A stretch of 64,000 bases of DNA from an uncultured Planctomycetales bacterium (GTDB lineage Bacteria > Omnitrophota > Gorgyraeia > Gygaellales > Profunditerraquicolaceae), in the NCBI GenBank assembly GCA_964427405.1, contig CAYRUB010000002.1:4741-68740 (forward strand). Direction: 5' to 3'. Every line of letters begins with the position of its first letter. The stretch's first letter is position 1. A model generated the notes under the pieces. The model ran no database searches. It had not been told where the DNA came from and was given only the letters and a program-made list of their open reading frames with translations. Positions 59,076 through 64,000 of this stretch are shown here, one piece after another. The translations under genes were made by a program, and so were the position numbers.

Positions 59076-59113
59076 GGAATTGCGCGGGTATGCCCTTATG
59101 GGCAAGGAGGAAA

Positions 59114-59494
59114 ATGAAAAGACTATCAATTTTTCTGGTTTTATTTATCCTGCCGATTGTTTGCGGGTGCGTGCCTTTAATTATTGGTGCAGCTGCCGGA
59201 GGGTTGGGCGCTTATGCTGTGAGCAAAGATACGGTGCAGGGGGATAGTGACAAAAACTTTGATTTGCTTTGGGAATCAGCTATGGGCGTTGGTAAGCAAT
59301 ACGGCATAATCCAACAGGAAAATATTTCTACTGGTTATATTGAGTTGGCTGTTGATTCCAGTAAGGTTTGGATACGTCTTATCCGCCTGACTCAGGCTAC
59401 TACCCGGATCAGGATATCCGCGCGGAAATACCATTTTCCTAATATGGAATTGGCCCAGGATCTTTTCGTTAAGATTATCACAGGGGTAAAATAG
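59114..59494 (+). CDS. lipoprotein, unknown function
   Basis: Start at the ATG after the AAGGAGG SD. Signal peptide/lipobox PIVCGC. Confidence 0.5.
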   Translation: MKRLSIFLVLFILPIVCGCVPLIIGAAAGGLGAYAVSKDTVQGDSDKNFDLLWESAMGVGKQYGIIQQENISTGYIELAVDSSKVWIRLIRLTQATTRIRISARKYHFPNMELAQDLFVKIITGVK

Positions 59495-59620
59495 GGTATT
59501 CTTATCCTTGCCCTTACTATCGTTCGATCAAGGATTTCGCTGGACCAAAGCAAGCTGCTCAACTTTCTCCTTTTCTTTTTGAGAAATTTGTGTACAATAT
59601 ATAAAAATAGTTAACTTTTA

Positions 59621-59692
59621 GCCGAGATAGCTCAGTGGTAGAGCGCGGCCCTGAAAAGGCCGGCGTGGGGGGTCCGATTCCCTCTCTCGGCA
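59621..59692 (+). tRNA. tRNA-Phe (GAA)
   Basis: A manual cloverleaf gives a 7-bp acceptor stem, D arm GCTC/GAGC, anticodon loop CTGAAAA, T-loop TCCGATT and discriminator A. No CCA is encoded. Confidence 0.8.
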
Positions 59693-59702
59693 TTTAATAT
59701 TT

Positions 59703-59780
59703 AAGAGGGGTTTTATAACCCTCTTTTTTATTGTATTTAGGCGTAATCCCCTCATTTTTGGAAGGGTTACGCCTTTTTTT
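59703..59780 (+). terminator. two consecutive rho-independent terminators after tRNA-Phe
   Basis: AGAGGGGTT ... AACCCTC + TTTTTT, and GGCGTAATCCC ... GGGTTACGCC + TTTTTTT. Confidence 0.65.
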
Positions 59781-60044
59781 ATATCAGTTTATTTAGCTTG
59801 TTTTTAACTTTTAATAGTAAATTGTGAGATGAACTGTTAAGGCGGGAGATTTTTGATACATTATTTAAAGCAAAAGTGCTTGTAGGGTGCTGGAAGACAG
59901 AATATAATACAGGATCATGACGCGTAGCCCACTAAATTATCAGCCGCTTGCTCTTAGAAGCTATTAAGCCGGAATGGCTGGAAAATGCGGTTGCTCTCTT
60001 TTAAGAACCGCTACAGCTTATAGGGATAGATCGTTAGAATAAAG

Positions 60045-61493
60045 ATGATTGAGAATATTAATTCAAAGTCTTACGAGTGTTGTATTATAGGCGCAGGCCC
60101 AGCGGGCTTGGGGGTTGCATACGAACTAGTCAAAAATGGCGTTAAGGATATTTTAATCATCGATAAGAATAAACTGGTAGGGGGATTAGCAAGAACAGAT
60201 GTTTTATATGGGGATAGATTTGATGTTGGCCCCCATCGTTTTTTTACTAAGAACAAAGAAGTTGATAAGATTTGGCATGATACTTTGGGTCCGGCCTTCC
60301 AGCCTATAACCCGCTTGACTAGAATATGCTACAAAAATAAATATTTTAACTATCCAATAAAACTTGCAGATGTATTAATAAAAATGGGGCTCGTAGGTTC
60401 TTTAAGCCTAATATTTTCCTTCCTCTTTTCTCAAATAAATAAAAAAAATAAGCCGGTTACTCTTGAGCAATGGATAATTCAAAAGTTTGGTCGTAAATTG
60501 TATGAAACATTTTTTAAAACATATACGGAAAAAGTGTGGGGGATTCCTTGCAATAAGATAGGAGCAGAATGGGCTGCTCAAAGAATTAAAGGCTTAGATG
60601 TTTTTGAGGTCCTTAAAAACGCGCTTCCTGGAGTCAAAAATAAAAAAATAAAGACACTTGTAGAAGAATTTAATTTTCCCGTTTTAGGTGCTGGCCAAAT
60701 GTATGAAACTATGTGTGAAAAATTAGTTTCGCAGGGCGTAAAATTAATGCTAGAAAGTAAAGTAATCAGATTTAACCGGCAAGATAATACTGTGAAATCG
60801 ATAGATGTTTTAGGGGTAAATGGTGAAGAAATGAATATTAGTTCTAAACAGTTCTTTAGTAGTATTCCTTTGGCTCATTATTTTAGAATGTTAAATCCTG
60901 CCGAGTCAGGCCAAATCCTTGATTCCGTAGAGATGTTAAGATACAGGGATCATATTACTGTTAATTTATTAATAGGAAGAGAAAAGGTTTTTCCCGATCA
61001 ATGGATCTATGTGCATTCTCCGGATGTCCAAATCGCAAGAATAACTAATTATAAAAACTTCTCAAAAAAAATGGTGAAAGATAAAAATAAAACAACATTG
61101 AGCGTTGAATATTTTGTTTTTATGTCTGATGATCTTTGGAGTAAAACAGATGAATCCTTATCAGCTATGGCGATTAATGAGTTAGAAAAAATGCGTTTGA
61201 TAAAAAGAGATGAGGTGGAAAGGTATTGGGTTGTCCGCCAAACAGAGGCCTATCCCATTTACTATTTAGGTTTTCAAGATCACTACGAATCATTAAAATC
61301 GAGAATAGACCAATTTGTTAACTTCTACTCCATTGGAAGGGCAGGTATGCATAAGTATAACAACCAGGATCATTCCCTCATTAGCGGTGTATTGGCGGCC
61401 CGGAATTATCTTAAATTACCCGCTTCTCCTTATGCGCTGTGGGATATTAATGTTGATGCTGAATATCATGAAAGCACTCAAAAGAACACATGA
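60045..61493 (+). CDS. NAD(P)/FAD-dependent oxidoreductase (UDP-galactopyranose-mutase / amine-oxidase-like fold)
   Basis: GAGPAG dinucleotide motif. Confidence 0.65.
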   Translation: MIENINSKSYECCIIGAGPAGLGVAYELVKNGVKDILIIDKNKLVGGLARTDVLYGDRFDVGPHRFFTKNKEVDKIWHDTLGPAFQPITRLTRICYKNKYFNYPIKLADVLIKMGLVGSLSLIFSFLFSQINKKNKPVTLEQWIIQKFGRKLYETFFKTYTEKVWGIPCNKIGAEWAAQRIKGLDVFEVLKNALPGVKNKKIKTLVEEFNFPVLGAGQMYETMCEKLVSQGVKLMLESKVIRFNRQDNTVKSIDVLGVNGEEMNISSKQFFSSIPLAHYFRMLNPAESGQILDSVEMLRYRDHITVNLLIGREKVFPDQWIYVHSPDVQIARITNYKNFSKKMVKDKNKTTLSVEYFVFMSDDLWSKTDESLSAMAINELEKMRLIKRDEVERYWVVRQTEAYPIYYLGFQDHYESLKSRIDQFVNFYSIGRAGMHKYNNQDHSLISGVLAARNYLKLPASPYALWDINVDAEYHESTQKNT

Positions 61494-61514
61494 GTAGGAT
61501 TATTACAAAGTAAA

Positions 61515-62963
61515 TTATAGAATCTTTAACAGGACAACGATGCAGATAATCATTAAAGGTAGGAACAAGATAGGTGTAAATTTCAACATCGGTTTGTTAA
61601 AAAACATTCCTGCGTTTAAATACCATAGGTCAAATCCCTTATAACCAGCAAGGGCAGAAGTATTTACTTGTGTTTCTGAATTTATCCCGAATTCAGAAAG
61701 GGTATATAAGTTGTCTTTTTTAATCAATTTATGTTTTAATACTATAAGCGAGCCGATAATCTGAGCTGGCATACCTTTGCGCACGCCTTCCTGTCCGTTT
61801 GCATTGCAAATCGTAAGGTATTCAAGGTTCCCCTGCAGGATACTGATCCCCTGGACAGAAACGGATAAGAAAATTAGTAGTATTAATATTGCTTTAACTG
61901 CTCCTTTTTTATAAAAGAAGAAGTAGCAGGGGATAAGCCATAATGGGGCTACGGGAACTAAATATCTCGGCCCCCAGGAGCATCCTCCGTACCAGGCATA
62001 CCACATACAGGTTAAGATAAAGTTAAGCGCGATGACAGAGATGAAAAAGACTGCTTCCTTCCGGAATGTTTTAAAGAACTTAAAATACCCAAAAATCCCC
62101 AGAATAAACAAGGGGTTATAAATAAATATTCCTTTGTCGAGCCAATAGAGCAGCTTTGTTGCGTGCTCTTTAATTCCTGATAAATAAAAATTAGCAGCCT
62201 CTCCGCCATATCCAAATTCAAGAAATTCTCCAAATCTTATATAATTCAGGAAAAGAATAAAACCAAATCCCATTAGCGTGATAAAAATAAATATGCACTC
62301 ACGCCTAAGGAGGTCTTTCATATTTTGCCTGTTTTTCATTAAAATGTATAAAAGAAAAATAGGCAGGTAAACCATATATAAAGTTTTTAATAAAAACAGG
62401 CAGGAAAAAGAGAGCGCCCCAAGGATTACCTCTTTAATGCTGTTTTTAAGAAGGCAATAAATAGACAGGAAAAGAAAAAACATTTGGGTTGTTTCGGGAA
62501 AATCCCAAACGCTATAACGCCAGCAGAAAGTCCCAAGGCCTAATAATAAGGCCATTATCAGGGATATACGGTTAGAATTTCCGAAAAACCTGATCAGGTA
62601 GAACATTATTACGCAGGCACCGGCGCCAAAAAATATATTATAAAATGATAAGAGAAAATCAATAAGTTGTTTTTCCGGTAGGCCGGTAAAGGCGGCAATG
62701 TTTTTCGCCAGTAAAACATAAGGGGTAAAGATAAAGGCTAACCCTAAACCGTATTTGGAGTAATATTTTCCATCCAGTTCTGACTTATGACAGAATCCGG
62801 AGCGGCAGCCTTCTGCTGATAGGGAATGATTTGCAATAATTGTTTTTGCGGTTTGTATGGAGAAATAAGTATCGGATACTTCAATATTTCCCTTTGCTGA
62901 AAGAAAATATATCAGGCTGATTAGACAGAATATTAACAAGCCTATTTGTGTTTTTTTCTGCAT
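61515..62963 (-). CDS. GT-C membrane glycosyltransferase (GT39/GT83, ArnT/PMT-like)
   Basis: 11-13 TM segments, an N-terminal loop, and a 482-aa PMT_2-like topology. Confidence 0.6.
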   Translation of the reverse strand: MQKKTQIGLLIFCLISLIYFLSAKGNIEVSDTYFSIQTAKTIIANHSLSAEGCRSGFCHKSELDGKYYSKYGLGLAFIFTPYVLLAKNIAAFTGLPEKQLIDFLLSFYNIFFGAGACVIMFYLIRFFGNSNRISLIMALLLGLGTFCWRYSVWDFPETTQMFFLFLSIYCLLKNSIKEVILGALSFSCLFLLKTLYMVYLPIFLLYILMKNRQNMKDLLRRECIFIFITLMGFGFILFLNYIRFGEFLEFGYGGEAANFYLSGIKEHATKLLYWLDKGIFIYNPLFILGIFGYFKFFKTFRKEAVFFISVIALNFILTCMWYAWYGGCSWGPRYLVPVAPLWLIPCYFFFYKKGAVKAILILLIFLSVSVQGISILQGNLEYLTICNANGQEGVRKGMPAQIIGSLIVLKHKLIKKDNLYTLSEFGINSETQVNTSALAGYKGFDLWYLNAGMFFNKPMLKFTPILFLPLMIICIVVLLKIL

Positions 62964-63130
62964 AATCTTTAAACCTTGGCAATATCGGAGTTAAATAATT
63001 ATAATATTATATCATATTATAATAAGTAGTTCAGGCATATTTAGATAAAGAAGGTTGTGGTTTGGGTTGTAAGTTATAAAAAAAGACCGGATCTAATAGA
63101 TCCGGTCTTTTTTCTCTTCTATACGTAAAC

Positions 63131-63331
63131 TTATATCTTTTTTACGTTAGTTGCCTGGTCACCTTTGGGGCCTTGCGTAACCTCAAATTCAACTTCATCG
63201 CCCTCTGCTAAAGACTTATAGCCTTCTCCTGTGATAGCGCTAAAATGCACAAATACATCTTTGCCATCTTCGGAAGTAACAAAGCCGTAACCTTTTTGAT
63301 TGCTGAACCATTTTACTTTACCTTTTGCCAT
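63131..63331 (-). CDS. cold-shock protein (CspA family), second paralog
   Basis: KGYGFV and VFVHF motifs. Confidence 0.9.
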   Translation of the reverse strand: MAKGKVKWFSNQKGYGFVTSEDGKDVFVHFSAITGEGYKSLAEGDEVEFEVTQGPKGDQATNVKKI

Positions 63332-63354
63332 TTTCTAATTCTCACCTCCTCCAC

Positions 63355-63405
63355 AGATAAAAAAATCCGCAAAGCATGGTTGTTATTTGTTGCTGCTTTG
63401 CGGTT
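63355..63405 (-). promoter_or_regulatory. terminator-like hairpin plus U-tract in the 5' UTR of the second csp (candidate attenuator)
   Basis: On the minus strand: CCGCAAAGCA ... TGCTTTGCGG + UUUUUUU, then the SD GGAGGAGGUGAG and ATG. Confidence 0.5.
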
Positions 63406-63557
63406 TATACTTGATACTAAACAATTTCTTTACTTCTCCTCTGAACTTAAACTTACAAACTAAATATACCATGAATTGTCTGTTTGTCAACCTTTTTTAT
63501 AAAGTTTAAGCGGGTAATTGACTATTAGCCAGGAATTGGTATAATGTTGGACAAATT

Positions 63558-63630
63558 GCCGATGTAGCTCAGTTGGTAGAGCAGGACTTTCGTAAAGTCA
63601 AGGTCGGTGGTTCGATTCCACTCATCGGCT
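63558..63630 (+). tRNA. tRNA-Thr (CGU)
   Basis: A manual cloverleaf gives acceptor GCCGATG/CATCGGC, anticodon loop TTCGTAA, T-loop TTCGATT and discriminator U. Confidence 0.75.
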
Positions 63631-63669
63631 TAATTTTAAGGCAAACCCTGCCTTGCCGGCAGGCATGGT

Positions 63670-64000
63670 TTTCTAACCTATGGCTAGATTCCGCGAAGTC
63701 TTAAAAAATCGTAATTTTTTCCTGTTATGGATTGGACAGATTATCTCGCAGTTGGGGGATAGGCTGGGCCAGATGGCCCTGATCGCTTTTGTCTACATGC
63801 GTGCTCCAGGCTCTACCTTGCAGATTGCCAAGATCCTTTCTTTTACCATAATTCCGGTCTTTATTGTCGGCCCCCTGGCCGGGGTTTATGTGGACCGTTG
63901 GGATAGGCGCAGGACAATGTTTGCTTGTGACTTCCTGCGCAGTTTATTAGTTTTAGCTATACCCTTATTTTTGTTCTATACAAAGAGCTTGGCTCCAGTT
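63670..64000 (+). CDS. MFS transporter, 5' fragment (continues beyond the window)
   Basis: The frame is open to the window edge. The N-terminus MARFREVLKNRNFFLLWIGQIISQLGD is typical of the MFS family. Confidence 0.6.

Noticed and set aside
59693-60044. Possible integrated mobile element at tRNA-Phe
   Set aside because: No integrase, recombinase, transposase or phage gene is present. No direct repeat of the tRNA 3' end was found by eye downstream. The downstream genes are ordinary envelope enzymes.

Overview
This is a 64-kb, roughly 40% GC chromosomal segment from a diderm bacterium (lnt, an LpxL-like acyltransferase, a TonB-dependent receptor-like barrel and pilT are present). Rubredoxin, flavodiiron protein, hybrid-cluster protein and thiol peroxidase suggest an anaerobe or microaerophile. 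About 75 protein genes are packed into near-contiguous operons, and all but five are on the + strand. There are two tRNAs, Phe(GAA) and Thr(CGU). I found no CRISPR array, integrase, transposase or clear prophage. Recognisable genes include ogt (3' fragment), pilT, prfB (the +1 programmed frameshift site is visible in the sequence), secA, lnt, an M23 peptidase, a CDF transporter, bioY with a distant class-II birA, hcp behind an Rrf2 regulator, tpx, a flavodiiron protein, a glutaredoxin, trxB, iscS, mnmA, nadA, uppP, mscL, two csp paralogs, a GH1 beta-glucosidase, and an NSS transporter followed by a MetS-like micro-subunit. Candidate novel or unusual items, all needing confirmation: (1) a ~56-nt two-hairpin 5' leader present three times, each directly upstream of a start codon, with compensatory changes in the second stem; (2) an exact 42-nt tandem duplication carrying an ATG and 12-codon mini-ORFs upstream of a FemAB-like acyltransferase, with a related copy upstream of an MFS gene; (3) terminator-like attenuator hairpins in the 5' UTRs of both csp genes; (4) an NTE-like protein with cNMP-binding, degenerate ParA-like and patatin phospholipase domains, followed by a lipoprotein, a MazG-like and a PC4-like gene; (5) a NifU / LarE-like PP-loop / IscS / PurM-like sulfur-activation module; (6) a THUMP-less ThiI-like PP-loop enzyme translationally coupled to an AmmeMemoRadiSam-type radical SAM enzyme; (7) an amino-group-tailoring cluster (HAD-IB phosphatase, class-III aminotransferase, arginase-fold protein, DegT-like aminotransferase, FemAB-like acyltransferase and an ArnE/ArnF-like 4-TM pair). 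A 53-aa rubredoxin and a 35-aa MetS-like ORF are missing from the supplied ORF track.
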